Of a stretch of 37,119 bases of DNA, positions 17,200 to 26,528 are shown piece after piece. The DNA comes from Alphaproteobacteria bacterium (GTDB taxonomy: Bacteria > Pseudomonadota > Alphaproteobacteria > CAAHEQ01 > UBA3637). How positions within the stretch are numbered: the first letter of the stretch is position 1; each line of letters starts with the position of its first letter. The position numbers and the translations under genes were made by a program. The DNA is taken from positions 1-37,119 of the forward strand of contig CAAHEQ010000099.1 in NCBI GenBank assembly GCA_900772625.1, in the 5' to 3' direction. The notes below the pieces were generated by a model that had not been told where the DNA came from, did no database searches, and worked only from the letters and a program-made list of their open reading frames with translations.

Positions 17200-18252
17200 T
17201 TATTCCTTTGTTTTTTTGTGCTGAGAATGAGCCTTTAAATCTTGATTGGCACGCACTAACATTGCGTCAATCGAATCTTTATCGTCTTGTTTTGCAGCCA
17301 CACCAAACGCCGTTGTAATAAACGCATTGCCTATTTCTGTTTTCAAGTTTTGCTCTTGAATCTTAAGACGTAAACGCTCGATTAAGAACGGCACGTTTTC
17401 AAACGGTGTTTCGGGCAACAAAATCGCAAACTCGACATCGCCGATTCGCCCTAAGTAGTCTGAATCACGAATAGACTCTTTACAAATTTTAACCGTCTTT
17501 TGCAAAGCTTCATCGCCAAAGCTGTAGCCGAACTCTTGACCTAAAACGCGGAAGTGATCCAACTTTAAGATCAACAACGACAATGTGCGGTTATAGCGAA
17601 TAGCACGTTTTAATTCTTTTTCACCGTACTCCAAGAAAGCCGAGCGGTTCAACACCCCCGTCAGCGGATCAATCGATGTTAAGTATTTAAGCTTTTCTTC
17701 CAATTGCTTGCGGCGCGTAATGTCAAAGCCGACCGAGCGAATTTCAACGGGTTTGTTATCTTCATCATAAACTACGCGATTCGTCCACGAAACCCAAACA
17801 ATTGTGCCGTCTTTTTTCATATTCTTTGTTTCAACATCGACATAAAGTTGCGGGTTGATTAAAATGCGCTCGATCAAAGTAGGCTGAGAGCTGAGGCGCT
17901 TTTTGGGTTGAGGCGCAATCGTGCCCAACACAAGATGGCCAACCATTTCGTCTTTTGTATAGCCGAAAAACTCCATTGCATAATCGTTGACATACGTAAT
18001 GACGCCCTTTTGGTCAAAAGCCACAATAATACTTTTGGCTGTTTCATCCGAAAAGTCATCGCACAAATCATTTTTTTGTTTTTTCAGCTCTTCTAACTCC
18101 TTGCTTTGCTTTGCAAACGATTCGCTTGCGCTTTGCAAGTTTTTGCAGATTCGGTTGTGACGCAACCGCAAACCGACATAAAGGAAAATAAACAAACATG
18201 CAACAGTCGCGCAAACTGTTGCAAAAACCCAAACTTCAGTACAAGTTTCCAT
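17200..18252 (-). CDS. membrane-anchored PAS-GGDEF protein with a degenerate active site
   Basis: 350 aa. N-terminal transmembrane segment, then a PAS-like segment (GVITYVNDYAMEFFGYTKDEMVG). The GGDEF domain starts at DPLTGVLNRSAF, but the signature reads RIGDVEF instead of GGDEF/GGEEF. Confidence 0.8.
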   Translation of the reverse strand: METCTEVWVFATVCATVACLFIFLYVGLRLRHNRICKNLQSASESFAKQSKELEELKKQKNDLCDDFSDETAKSIIVAFDQKGVITYVNDYAMEFFGYTKDEMVGHLVLGTIAPQPKKRLSSQPTLIERILINPQLYVDVETKNMKKDGTIVWVSWTNRVVYDEDNKPVEIRSVGFDITRRKQLEEKLKYLTSIDPLTGVLNRSAFLEYGEKELKRAIRYNRTLSLLILKLDHFRVLGQEFGYSFGDEALQKTVKICKESIRDSDYLGRIGDVEFAILLPETPFENVPFLIERLRLKIQEQNLKTEIGNAFITTAFGVAAKQDDKDSIDAMLVRANQDLKAHSQHKKTKE

Positions 18253-18387
18253 TTTTTACCCCATTTTTATTTTTCTAATAGACCCTATCTTAACGAATAA
18301 AAATAAATGACGCAACTAATTTTAATGAAAATATTGACTTTTTTTTGTTTTTAGTGCAATTTATACTTAAATTATAAAGGATTTAAA

Positions 18388-19839
18388 ATGGTAAAACAGG
18401 AAACTTTAGCCTTCGTACAGTCTTTGGACGACAAATATAAGTATGGCTTTGAAACAGATATCGAATCGGAAACAGCACCCAAAGGCCTGAGCGAGGACAT
18501 TATACGTTTTATCAGTGCGAAAAAACAAGAGCCTCAATGGCTGATGGATTTTCGTTTGCAAGCGTTTCGTAAATGGCAACAAATGGACGAGCCACACTGG
18601 GCAAAGCTCCATTATGAGCCGATTGACTATCAAAATCTTTATTATTACGCTGCGCCGAAAAAAGCGGCAGATGCGCCAAAGGACTTAAGCGAGGTTGATC
18701 CAAAGATTTTGCAAACCTATGAAAAGCTGGGCATTCCGCTTAATGAACAAAAAGTTCTGGCTGGTGTTGTTGCTGTGGATGCGATTTTCGACAGCGTTTC
18801 GGTTGCAACAACCTATAAGGCAAAGCTGGCCGAAAAAGGCATTATTTTTTGTTCGATTTCTGAAGCGGTTAAAAATCACCCTCACCTTGTGCAAAAATAC
18901 TTGGGCTCTGTCGTGCCCGCGACCGATAACTTTTTTGCGGCGCTTAACAGCGCGGTCTTTTCGGACGGCTCGTTTGTGTATATTCCAAAAGGTGTTAAGT
19001 GCCCGATGGAATTGTCGAGCTATTTTCGCATTAACGCTAAAAATGCGGGACAGTTCGAGCGCACACTGATTATTTGTGACGAAGACGCTTACGTCAGTTA
19101 TTTGGAAGGTTGTACCGCGCCTCAACGCGATGAAAATCAACTCCACGCGGCGATTGTTGAAATTATCGTGCACGACAGAGGCGAAGTCAAATACTCGACT
19201 GTGCAAAACTGGTATCCTGGCGATAAAAACGGCAAAGGCGGTATTTATAACTTTGTGACTAAGCGCGGTTTGTGCCACAATAATGCTAAGCTTTCGTGGA
19301 CGCAGGTGGAGACAGGATCGGCCATTACATGGAAATATCCGTCTTGCATTTTAAAGGGCGACAATTCGGTGGGTGAGTTTTACTCGGTCGCGCTGACAAA
19401 CAATTACCAGCAAGCCGATACAGGCACAAAGATGATACACATCGGCAAAAATACACGTTCGACAATTATTTCAAAAGGCATTTCGGCTGGGCACTCTAAT
19501 CAAACTTATCGCGGGCTTGTGAAAATGGCGACTAAGGCGGACGGCGCAAGAAACTTTTCGAAATGTGACAGCTTGCTGATTGGTTCGACTTGCGGGGCGC
19601 ACACTGTGCCTGTGCAGCAAATAGCAAACCCACGCGCGGTGATCGAACACGAAGCCACAACCAGCAAAATCAGTGACGAGCAATTGTTTTATGCGATGCA
19701 GCGTGGATTGTCTGAAGAGCAAGCCGTTGCGCTGATTGTGAATGGTTTTTGTAAAGAAGTGATGCAACACTTGCCAATGGAGTTTGCAATTGAAGCAGGA
19801 CGCTTGATTGGGCTTTCGCTTGAGGGCTCGGTTGGATAG
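18388..19839 (+). CDS. sufB: Fe-S cluster assembly scaffold SufB
   Basis: 483 aa. Typical SufB sequence throughout (e.g. [29 protein letters not shown]). Confidence 0.96.
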   Translation: MVKQETLAFVQSLDDKYKYGFETDIESETAPKGLSEDIIRFISAKKQEPQWLMDFRLQAFRKWQQMDEPHWAKLHYEPIDYQNLYYYAAPKKAADAPKDLSEVDPKILQTYEKLGIPLNEQKVLAGVVAVDAIFDSVSVATTYKAKLAEKGIIFCSISEAVKNHPHLVQKYLGSVVPATDNFFAALNSAVFSDGSFVYIPKGVKCPMELSSYFRINAKNAGQFERTLIICDEDAYVSYLEGCTAPQRDENQLHAAIVEIIVHDRGEVKYSTVQNWYPGDKNGKGGIYNFVTKRGLCHNNAKLSWTQVETGSAITWKYPSCILKGDNSVGEFYSVALTNNYQQADTGTKMIHIGKNTRSTIISKGISAGHSNQTYRGLVKMATKADGARNFSKCDSLLIGSTCGAHTVPVQQIANPRAVIEHEATTSKISDEQLFYAMQRGLSEEQAVALIVNGFCKEVMQHLPMEFAIEAGRLIGLSLEGSVG

Positions 19840-19857
19840 AAAATTAAAGGATTGAAA

Positions 19858-20601
19858 ATGGCATTATTACAAGTAAAAGATTTATATGCACGCACCAGCG
19901 ATAAGGAGATTTTAAAGGGTCTTTCGATGACGATTGAGTCTGGCAAAGTCTATGCAATTATGGGACCTAATGGCTCTGGCAAAAGCACATTGATGAACGT
20001 CATTGCAGGCAATCCTGTGTATGAAGTGACGGCAGGTAGCGCAGAATTAAAAGGCAAAGATTTGCTTCAAATGACACCCGATCAACGCGCAAATGAAGGC
20101 ATCTTTTTGGGCTTTCAATATCCTGTGGAAATTGCAGGCGTGTCTTATGGGCAATTCTTAAAGCAGGCTCTGGCCGCTAAAATGAAGTACCAAGGAAAGC
20201 CTGCGCTGGATCCTGTGGCGTACATCAAACGCTTGAAAGTCCGTGCAAAAGCGCTCGGCGTGTCAGATGAAATGCTCAAACGCCAAGTCAATGTGGGCTT
20301 TTCGGGCGGCGAAAAAAAACGTATGGAAATGTTGCAAATGGCGTTCCTTGAGCCCGAGCTTTGCATTTTAGATGAAATGGATTCAGGCCTTGACGTAGAC
20401 GCGCTCAAAACGGTTGCGGACGGCGTCAATTTAATGCGCGATAAAAATCGCTCATTTATGATCATTACGCACTATGAGCGTTTGCTGGACTTAATCGAAC
20501 CCGATGTGGTGTACGTTCTTGTTAATGGCAAGGTCGTGGAAATGGGCGATAAAAAGCTAGCGTTAAAGTTGGAAGAGCACGGTTATGCAGACTATAAATA
20601 A
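19858..20601 (+). CDS. sufC: Fe-S cluster assembly ATPase SufC
   Basis: ATG at 19858 (MALLQVKDL...) with AAAGGA 6 nt upstream; the tracked start at 19852 is a TTG. Walker A GPNGSGKST, FSGGEKKR and ILDEMDSGLD. Confidence 0.95.
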   Translation: MALLQVKDLYARTSDKEILKGLSMTIESGKVYAIMGPNGSGKSTLMNVIAGNPVYEVTAGSAELKGKDLLQMTPDQRANEGIFLGFQYPVEIAGVSYGQFLKQALAAKMKYQGKPALDPVAYIKRLKVRAKALGVSDEMLKRQVNVGFSGGEKKRMEMLQMAFLEPELCILDEMDSGLDVDALKTVADGVNLMRDKNRSFMIITHYERLLDLIEPDVVYVLVNGKVVEMGDKKLALKLEEHGYADYK

Positions 20602-21202
20602 ACTCATCAATGCGGGCGAAAAAAAATCCGAAGTCTTCTGCGATGTTGCGGGCATACTGGAAATCGCAGTGTATCAAGATGCGACCTATAGTGCGACTTT
20701 CTTGCAAACAGGTCAGGATTTGAATATCAAAGTTTCGCTTTTGGGCGAAAATGCCAGAGCCGATATTCGTGTGATTTATTTGTCCTCGACCGATCACAAC
20801 AACCGCATTCGATGCGAAATGCGCCACCTGACGCCTAAAACTTTTTCCACGCAAACGATAAAAGGTGTGGCTTCTGGTTATGGCTCGGCGGATTTTTATG
20901 GCGTGGTTCGTATTCCATTTGATAGCCAGAAATGCGAAGGTTCACAATCGCACAAAGGCTTGCTTTTGTCGGACAATGCCAGCATTGCCTGCACGCCTGA
21001 GTTAGAGATTTACGCAGATGACGTGAAGTGTAATCATGGCTCGACAGTTGGCAATTTGGACAAAGCGCAACTATTTTATTTACAGAGCCGTGGTATCTGC
21101 CGCAAACAAGCTGAGCATATGTTAATCAAAGCCTTCCTGTGCGCGGATTTGCCCAGTGGTTTAGAAAACAAAATTGATGAATGGTTGATGAAAAATGAAT
21201 AA
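20585..21202 (+). CDS. sufD: SufD-like protein, half-length (C-terminal beta-helix/dimerisation part only)
   Basis: 205 aa. It overlaps sufC by 17 nt and sufS by 8 nt. The CNHGSTVGNLDKAQLFYLQSRGI region is SufD/SufB-like. Confidence 0.75.
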   Translation: MQTINKLINAGEKKSEVFCDVAGILEIAVYQDATYSATFLQTGQDLNIKVSLLGENARADIRVIYLSSTDHNNRIRCEMRHLTPKTFSTQTIKGVASGYGSADFYGVVRIPFDSQKCEGSQSHKGLLLSDNASIACTPELEIYADDVKCNHGSTVGNLDKAQLFYLQSRGICRKQAEHMLIKAFLCADLPSGLENKIDEWLMKNE

Positions 21203-22394
21203 GCAAGATTTTCCTGTTTTTAAAACATACCCTGATTTGGTTTATTTGGATAGCGGTGCATCGGCGCAAAAACCGCAAATCGTGCTGGAAACGATGATGG
21301 AGTTTGCGCAAAAGAAATATGCAAACGTGCATCGCGGTTCTTATTATTTATCCGAAATGGCAACAATGGCGTACGAAAAAGCGCGCCGCACGGTGGCCGA
21401 GTTTTTGGGTGCACGCTATGAGGACATTATTTTTGTACGCGGTGCAACAGAGGCGATCAACCTTGTGGCCCAAACGTATGGCCACACTTTAAAGGCTGGC
21501 GATGAAGTTTTAATCTCGGAGGCTGAGCACCATTCCAATATCGTGCCATGGCAACTGCTTGCTGCCGAGCGCGACATAAATTTAAAATATGTCAATGTTC
21601 TGCCGTCTGGCGAGCTGAACTTAAACGATTTTGAAAACAAGCTGACGGATAAAACAAAGTTGGTTGCAATTACTCAAATGTCAAATGTGCTGGGGCTTTT
21701 AAACCCGATTGACGAGATTGTTAAAAAAGCCCACAAAGCGGGAGCTAAAGTGTTGATAGACGGCTGTCAAGCCATTGTCCACACGCCAATTGATTTGCGC
21801 AAATCAGATATAGATTTTTATGCTTTTTCAGGGCACAAGCTTTACGGCCCGACAGGAATAGGCGTGCTGTATGGCAAATCAGAAATTATGAATACGCTGC
21901 CTCCTTGGCAAGGCGGTGGTGATATGATTAAGCAAGTCAAGTTGACAGGCTCGACTTTTGCTGATACCCCTGCTCGTTTCGAAGCTGGTACGCCCGCAAT
22001 TATTGAATCGGTTGGCTTGATGAGCGCGCTCAACTATGTCAAAAGCATTGGCTATGACAAGATGATTGACAACGAAAATCAAGTGATGCACTTGCTCAAA
22101 GAAGCGCTCAATTCGATGAAGCGCGTGCAAGTGCTGGGGGACTTAGCCCCAAAAAAAAGCTTGGTTTGCTTTAATTTAAAGGGCATTCATCCGCAAGATG
22201 TCGCGATGGTCTTGTCCGAACAAAATGTTGCCGTGCGGGTGGGACACCATTGTGCGCAACCGATAACAGAAAAATATGGCGTGACGGCGTCCATTCGTGT
22301 ATCGCTGGGTCTGTATAATGACGGCGATGATATTTCAAAGTTCTTAAATGCCCTGAAGAAAGCCGAAAAGATTTTAGGAAGTGTACGTAAATGA
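21195..22394 (+). CDS. sufS: cysteine desulfurase SufS (group II)
   Basis: 399 aa. PLP lysine in FSGHKLYGPTGIG and catalytic cysteine in RVGHHCAQP. Confidence 0.95.
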   Translation: MNKQDFPVFKTYPDLVYLDSGASAQKPQIVLETMMEFAQKKYANVHRGSYYLSEMATMAYEKARRTVAEFLGARYEDIIFVRGATEAINLVAQTYGHTLKAGDEVLISEAEHHSNIVPWQLLAAERDINLKYVNVLPSGELNLNDFENKLTDKTKLVAITQMSNVLGLLNPIDEIVKKAHKAGAKVLIDGCQAIVHTPIDLRKSDIDFYAFSGHKLYGPTGIGVLYGKSEIMNTLPPWQGGGDMIKQVKLTGSTFADTPARFEAGTPAIIESVGLMSALNYVKSIGYDKMIDNENQVMHLLKEALNSMKRVQVLGDLAPKKSLVCFNLKGIHPQDVAMVLSEQNVAVRVGHHCAQPITEKYGVTASIRVSLGLYNDGDDISKFLNALKKAEKILGSVRK

Positions 22395-22882
22395 CCGATA
22401 CAACAAAGCAATCCTTAGAAAGTTTAAACACCTACGATAAGGCAGTATCCGGCGTGTTCCCAGAAGCCTCTGAAATGCCGAATGCCGCTTTGGATATAGC
22501 GCAAGAATCCCCCGCCGAATTTCATGCCAGGTTGGGTGAACCGTTGCCTGCAGGGTTGCCAATAGCGACCGAAAGTATGGTTATCGAGGCGCTCAAAACC
22601 GTCCAAGATCCCGAGCTTGCGTTGGATATATATTCGCTGGGACTGATCTACAAAATCGACATAGCGAAAAATGGCGATGTTGCGATCGAAATGACGCTGA
22701 CTTCCCCGATGTGCCCGATTGCGGGAGAAATGCCCGCGATGGTAGCGCAAGCGGTTGCACGGGTCGAAGGCGTTGGTGTGGTCGATGTGTCGCTTGTGTG
22801 GGATCCACCTTGGACGCTGGATATGTTAGACGATGATTTGAAAATCGCGCTGGGCATAGATATTCCTCTTTCAGATGAATAA
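22391..22882 (+). CDS. sufT: DUF59/MIP18-family Fe-S assembly protein (SufT-like) with an N-terminal extension
   Basis: 163 aa. ATGA overlap with sufS. The DUF59 core is VIEALKTVQDPELALDIYSLGLIY...TLTSPMCP. Confidence 0.8.
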   Translation: MTDTTKQSLESLNTYDKAVSGVFPEASEMPNAALDIAQESPAEFHARLGEPLPAGLPIATESMVIEALKTVQDPELALDIYSLGLIYKIDIAKNGDVAIEMTLTSPMCPIAGEMPAMVAQAVARVEGVGVVDVSLVWDPPWTLDMLDDDLKIALGIDIPLSDE

Positions 22883-22884
22883 AC

Positions 22885-22913
22885 TTGACAAAAAGTGTTA
22901 ATGGTGCTATATT
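22885..22913 (+). promoter_or_regulatory. near-consensus sigma70 promoter of the Fic-like gene
   Basis: TTGACA (22885-22890), 17 nt spacer, TATATT (22908-22913). The ATG follows at 22937 with AAAAGGA upstream. Confidence 0.55.
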
Positions 22914-22936
22914 AATCTTTTAAAAAAGGATACAAG

Positions 22937-23743
22937 ATGCCACCTACTGCACAAAACGTCATAAAAAAAATGCTCTTTATTGAATCTATAAAGAGCTTTT
23001 ATCGTGGTATTGCTCAGTCACAGCTTAAAGCAAAGTTGTACAATTGGGTTATAAAAAACTTGTCTCAAGAGCTCTACTATACGCCGCAAACGATTAAGAG
23101 GCTCGGTTTTGCTGACAGTCAAACACAAAAAATTATTGCCCAAGAGCATGCTAATAATAAAGAAGCGAGCTTGTTTTTCAAGGAAAGCCTTGAATTACAT
23201 ATTCCCTATTCGACTGAGTTTGTGAAGAAAACACATCAAATAATGCTTTCTCAAATTATGTTGACTGCGGGCGAATATCGACGTCACAACGTACGATTGG
23301 CACAAACAGACATTCGGCCTCCTGCACCTGGTGAAATTTACGATAAAATGGTTTGGCTGGATAAAGAATACAACAAAAAGCCTGCCAACATAGTCAGTAT
23401 TTTGGATTTGCATTATAACATTGTTGTGACTCAACCTTTTGCAGACGGCAATAAACGCGTGGCACGTTGGCTTTTAAATTATGAGCTTTTGCGTAATAAT
23501 TACGGTCCTTTGCTCATTTCAGCACAAGATAATGGTGAATATATTAACGCACTCGAAAAGCGCTTTGTCAGTGCTGATACCGCAGCCTATTATGCCTTTA
23601 TGCTCAATAAAATGCAACAAACTATACGCTTGTCTTTGCCGATTTTACGTTCTGAGGGCAGCAATCGTATCGCTATGCCAATAGTACAAAGAAAACACCG
23701 CAACCCTCTTGTGATGAATGTACAAAATCAATATACGTCATAG
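22937..23743 (+). CDS. Fic/DOC-fold protein with a non-canonical active-site motif
   Basis: 268 aa. AGEYRRHNVRL, then HYNIVVTQPFADGNKRVARWLLNYEL. The canonical Fic motif HxFx(D/E)GNGRxxR is replaced by QPFADGNKRVAR (His to Gln, Gly to Lys). Confidence 0.75.
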   Translation: MPPTAQNVIKKMLFIESIKSFYRGIAQSQLKAKLYNWVIKNLSQELYYTPQTIKRLGFADSQTQKIIAQEHANNKEASLFFKESLELHIPYSTEFVKKTHQIMLSQIMLTAGEYRRHNVRLAQTDIRPPAPGEIYDKMVWLDKEYNKKPANIVSILDLHYNIVVTQPFADGNKRVARWLLNYELLRNNYGPLLISAQDNGEYINALEKRFVSADTAAYYAFMLNKMQQTIRLSLPILRSEGSNRIAMPIVQRKHRNPLVMNVQNQYTS

Positions 23744-23795
23744 TTTGTCGAGGAACATCGTTTTTATCAAAACGACATACACGCGTCTCAACGAT

Positions 23796-24191
23796 TTAAT
23801 TGCGCTGTTTTGAAAAGACGCCACAAATTCCTTGCACGATTGAATGGCAAATTTTTTTAACTTGTTGTTTATAATAAGCGGCACGAATGCGGGCAAGGCG
23901 CTCTTTTGCTTGTTGGCGGTATGCTGCGCGCTGAGCTTTAAGCTGCTGCTCGGCTTTTTCACATTCCATTTGGTAAGCGACTTCTGCCACGTCTTTTGTT
24001 TCATAGCCGACAATCTGTCCGAAATTATTTCGTTTTGGTATGTCGATTGTAAAGCCCGTCATCGCGGGCATTTTGGGCTGTTTAATGCCCATATTTTCTG
24101 GTATTTCATCAACACAGTTAGCACTATTCTTTTTGATGATAGTTCCGTCTGAAAGAACCTCGTAAGGCCCGATACAATCTACTATTGACAT
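23796..24191 (-). CDS. hypothetical protein (orphan; C-terminal coiled-coil-like region)
   Basis: 131 aa. Strong SD AAGGAGG 4 nt upstream of the ATG. No motif recognised. Confidence 0.6.
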   Translation of the reverse strand: MSIVDCIGPYEVLSDGTIIKKNSANCVDEIPENMGIKQPKMPAMTGFTIDIPKRNNFGQIVGYETKDVAEVAYQMECEKAEQQLKAQRAAYRQQAKERLARIRAAYYKQQVKKICHSIVQGICGVFSKQRN

Positions 24192-24221
24192 TTTGCCTCC
24201 TTAAAACAACGTCTATAATAC

Positions 24222-24251
24222 ATATATACCACGTTTGAGACGAAAAATCAA
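24222..24251 (-). promoter_or_regulatory. candidate sigma70 promoter of the 131-aa ORF
   Basis: The minus strand reads TTGATT (24251-24246), 18 nt spacer, TATATA (24227-24222). Confidence 0.3.
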
Positions 24252-24278
24252 GCAATTAAATACGTGTGCAAAACTTTT

Positions 24279-24599
24279 TTAAGCTTTTTGAATTTGGCGC
24301 GAAATTACACAAGAAACCTGTTGCTGGTGTGATACTTTGTTGTGGCGTGGCATATAGCTCATCATAGCCTCATAAACTTTGTCTGGTTCTTCTGGAATAT
24401 GATAAGGTACAGCGCCCTTTTCGATTGCACGCATAACAATGCGTTGATTTTCTTGACGCATTTCTTCTGATTGTTTAGCACTTTGACTTTCTTTAATGCT
24501 CAATTCGTTCGCAATAAACTTAGCCACAGCTGCTTTCCAAATAGTTTCTCTGACGTCATTGATAATCGTTGTTGTTTCAAAATCTTTATGTCCTGTCAT
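24279..24599 (-). CDS. hypothetical protein (orphan)
   Basis: 106 aa. Weak SD (AAAGGA). No motif recognised. Confidence 0.5.
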   Translation of the reverse strand: MTGHKDFETTTIINDVRETIWKAAVAKFIANELSIKESQSAKQSEEMRQENQRIVMRAIEKGAVPYHIPEEPDKVYEAMMSYMPRHNKVSHQQQVSCVISRQIQKA

Positions 24600-24888
24600 T
24601 TTTTTGTCCTTTTAAAAGCATAAAAAAAGCACCGTTCCAAAGGAAGATGCTTTTTAAAATCAAAACAAAATCGCAAACCCTTTGGTCAACCCCGCGTGTT
24701 TTCCAATAGTAGCAATTCAAATAAGTTTTGTGTATTTGTTTTCATCATATCTCGGATTATCTCATATAAAAAGACGCTTGTCAACAATTTTCTTTTATGA
24801 TATGTCGTTTTTTTAGTTGACTTTTTATATAAAATATGCCATCTTTTAAAACAAAAGTTATTGAATTAAGAAGAAAAAGGAATTAAAG

Positions 24889-25173
24889 ATGACACGCTCA
24901 GAATTAATCGAACACATTGCGATGAATAACCCGCATCTGTATTTCAGCGATGTAGAACGCATTGTCGCAACTATTTTTAACCGCATTGAAAAAGCGCTTG
25001 CAGACGGTGACCGCGTTGAATTGCGCGGCTTCGGTGTGTTTGGCACAAAGCAAAGATTGTCCCGCACAGCTCGCAATCCGAAAACGGGTGTTGCGGTCCA
25101 AGTCCAATCAAAGGCTGTCCCTTATTTCAAAGCAGGCAAAGTATTAAAGCAACGCATTAACGCACAAAAATAA
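24889..25173 (+). CDS. ihfB: integration host factor subunit beta
   Basis: 94 aa. [23 protein letters not shown]...[45 protein letters not shown] follows the IHF-beta/HU fold pattern and resembles alphaproteobacterial IhfB. Confidence 0.92.
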   Translation: MTRSELIEHIAMNNPHLYFSDVERIVATIFNRIEKALADGDRVELRGFGVFGTKQRLSRTARNPKTGVAVQVQSKAVPYFKAGKVLKQRINAQK

Positions 25174-25187
25174 AGGCTTGAAGAAAA

Positions 25188-26042
25188 ATGAACTGGCTGA
25201 CAAACTATGCACGTCCAAAGTTAAGTAAACTCGTTGAACAACGGGATATTCCTGATAACTTATGGATTGGCTGTCCTGATTGCAGCAAGATGATTTTTCA
25301 TAAAGAACTGGAAGAAAATGCTTTTGTATGCCCTTCATGTGGGCACCATTTTAAGTTTTCGACAGACGCGCGTTTGAAAATGATGTTTGATGACGGCGCT
25401 TTTGAAGTATTGCCTATGCCTCAAGTCAAAACAGATCCTTTGAGTTTTTCGGATTTGAAAAAGTATTCAGATCGCCTCAAGGATGCCAAAAAGAAAACGC
25501 AAAGCGATGAAGCCATTACTGTGGCATTTGGTAAAATCGGCTCAATGCCTGCCGTTGTCGGCGTGTTTAATTTTGATTTTATGGGTGGTTCGATGAGCCC
25601 TGCGGTTGGTGAAGCAATCGTTTGTGCTGCTCAGCGTGCTACCAAAGAAAAAGCCGCGTTGATTTTAATTCCCGCATCAGGTGGCGCGCGTATGCAAGAA
25701 GGCATTTTGTCTTTGATGCAAATGCCGCGCACAACGTTGGCAGTCGAAATGTTTAAGCAAACAAAACTCCCCTATATTGTCATTTTCACAAATCCTACAA
25801 CAGGCGGTGTGACAGCATCTTTTGCAATGCTGGGTGATGTGCATTTGGCTGAACCTGGTGCTTTGATTGGTTTTGCTGGTGCGCGCGTGATTGAACAAAC
25901 AATTCGTGAAGTCTTGCCAGAGGGTTTCCAACGTTCGGAATATTTGGAAGAACACGGTATGATTGACAAGGTTGTTGACAGGCGCAAGATGAAAGAAGAA
26001 CTTGTCAAAGTATTAAGTTTGTTAATGCCTGCAAGAGATTGA
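25188..26042 (+). CDS. accD: acetyl-CoA carboxylase carboxyltransferase subunit beta
   Basis: 284 aa. N-terminal zinc ribbon CPDC...CPSCGHH, then the carboxyltransferase core (FDFMGGSMSPAVGE). Confidence 0.95.
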   Translation: MNWLTNYARPKLSKLVEQRDIPDNLWIGCPDCSKMIFHKELEENAFVCPSCGHHFKFSTDARLKMMFDDGAFEVLPMPQVKTDPLSFSDLKKYSDRLKDAKKKTQSDEAITVAFGKIGSMPAVVGVFNFDFMGGSMSPAVGEAIVCAAQRATKEKAALILIPASGGARMQEGILSLMQMPRTTLAVEMFKQTKLPYIVIFTNPTTGGVTASFAMLGDVHLAEPGALIGFAGARVIEQTIREVLPEGFQRSEYLEEHGMIDKVVDRRKMKEELVKVLSLLMPARD

Positions 26043-26066
26043 TTTTTTGTATGGGGGGGTAAAGAA

Positions 26067-26528
26067 ATGCTGATTAAAACAAACGCCATTCAAAATGGTT
26101 ATTTTTTGGATAAGTATGGCAAGCGAGGCCAACAATTCAAAAGCTCGATGCCATCGTATTCATTTGGTTTCAAAGTGGAAGATTTGCCCAAACGTACCGT
26201 ATCGCTCGCATTTGTATTGGACGATCCTGACTCAGTTCCTGTGTGCGGATTTAAATGGATTCATTGGCTTGGCGCTAATTTAACCGAGCTCGAGTTGCCC
26301 GATAATGAGAGCATTCACGCAACGACTTTTATCCAAGGCAAAAACAGCTGGGACAAAAATATGTACGGCGGGATGATGCCACCCGATAAAACGCACACAT
26401 ATGTGTTTCGCGTATACGCCGTAGATTGTATGCTCGACTTAAAAACGGGCTTTACATGGGAAGATTTAAAAGCGTGCGCGCCGCATATGATTGACTCGGC
26501 ATGCATTTATGGCAAGTATAAAAGCTAG
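26067..26528 (+). CDS. YbhB/YbcL family Raf-kinase-inhibitor-like (PEBP) protein
   Basis: 153 aa. The pattern LDDPDSV...WIHWLGANL...Y.FRVYA is typical of bacterial PEBP proteins. Confidence 0.8.
   Translation: MLIKTNAIQNGYFLDKYGKRGQQFKSSMPSYSFGFKVEDLPKRTVSLAFVLDDPDSVPVCGFKWIHWLGANLTELELPDNESIHATTFIQGKNSWDKNMYGGMMPPDKTHTYVFRVYAVDCMLDLKTGFTWEDLKACAPHMIDSACIYGKYKS

Noticed and set aside
18320-18350. Fur-box-like AT-rich sequence (TAATGAAAATATT) and a TTGACT hexamer upstream of sufB
   Set aside because: The match to the 19-bp Fur consensus is only partial, and no acceptable -10 lies at 16-18 nt from the TTGACT. This is not strong enough to call.
18685-19278. 197-aa minus-strand ORF inside sufB. 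Similar antisense ORFs occur at 27104-27637 (inside the SpmA-like gene) and 32921-33520 (inside aas).
   Set aside because: They lie entirely within well-supported genes on the opposite strand. Their sequences are not protein-like and they have no ribosome-binding sites.
26053-26059. G7 tract 7 nt upstream of the PEBP gene ATG as a possible phase-variation switch
   Set aside because: The tract is short and probably just serves as the SD-like purine stretch. There is no evidence of length variation from a single sequence.
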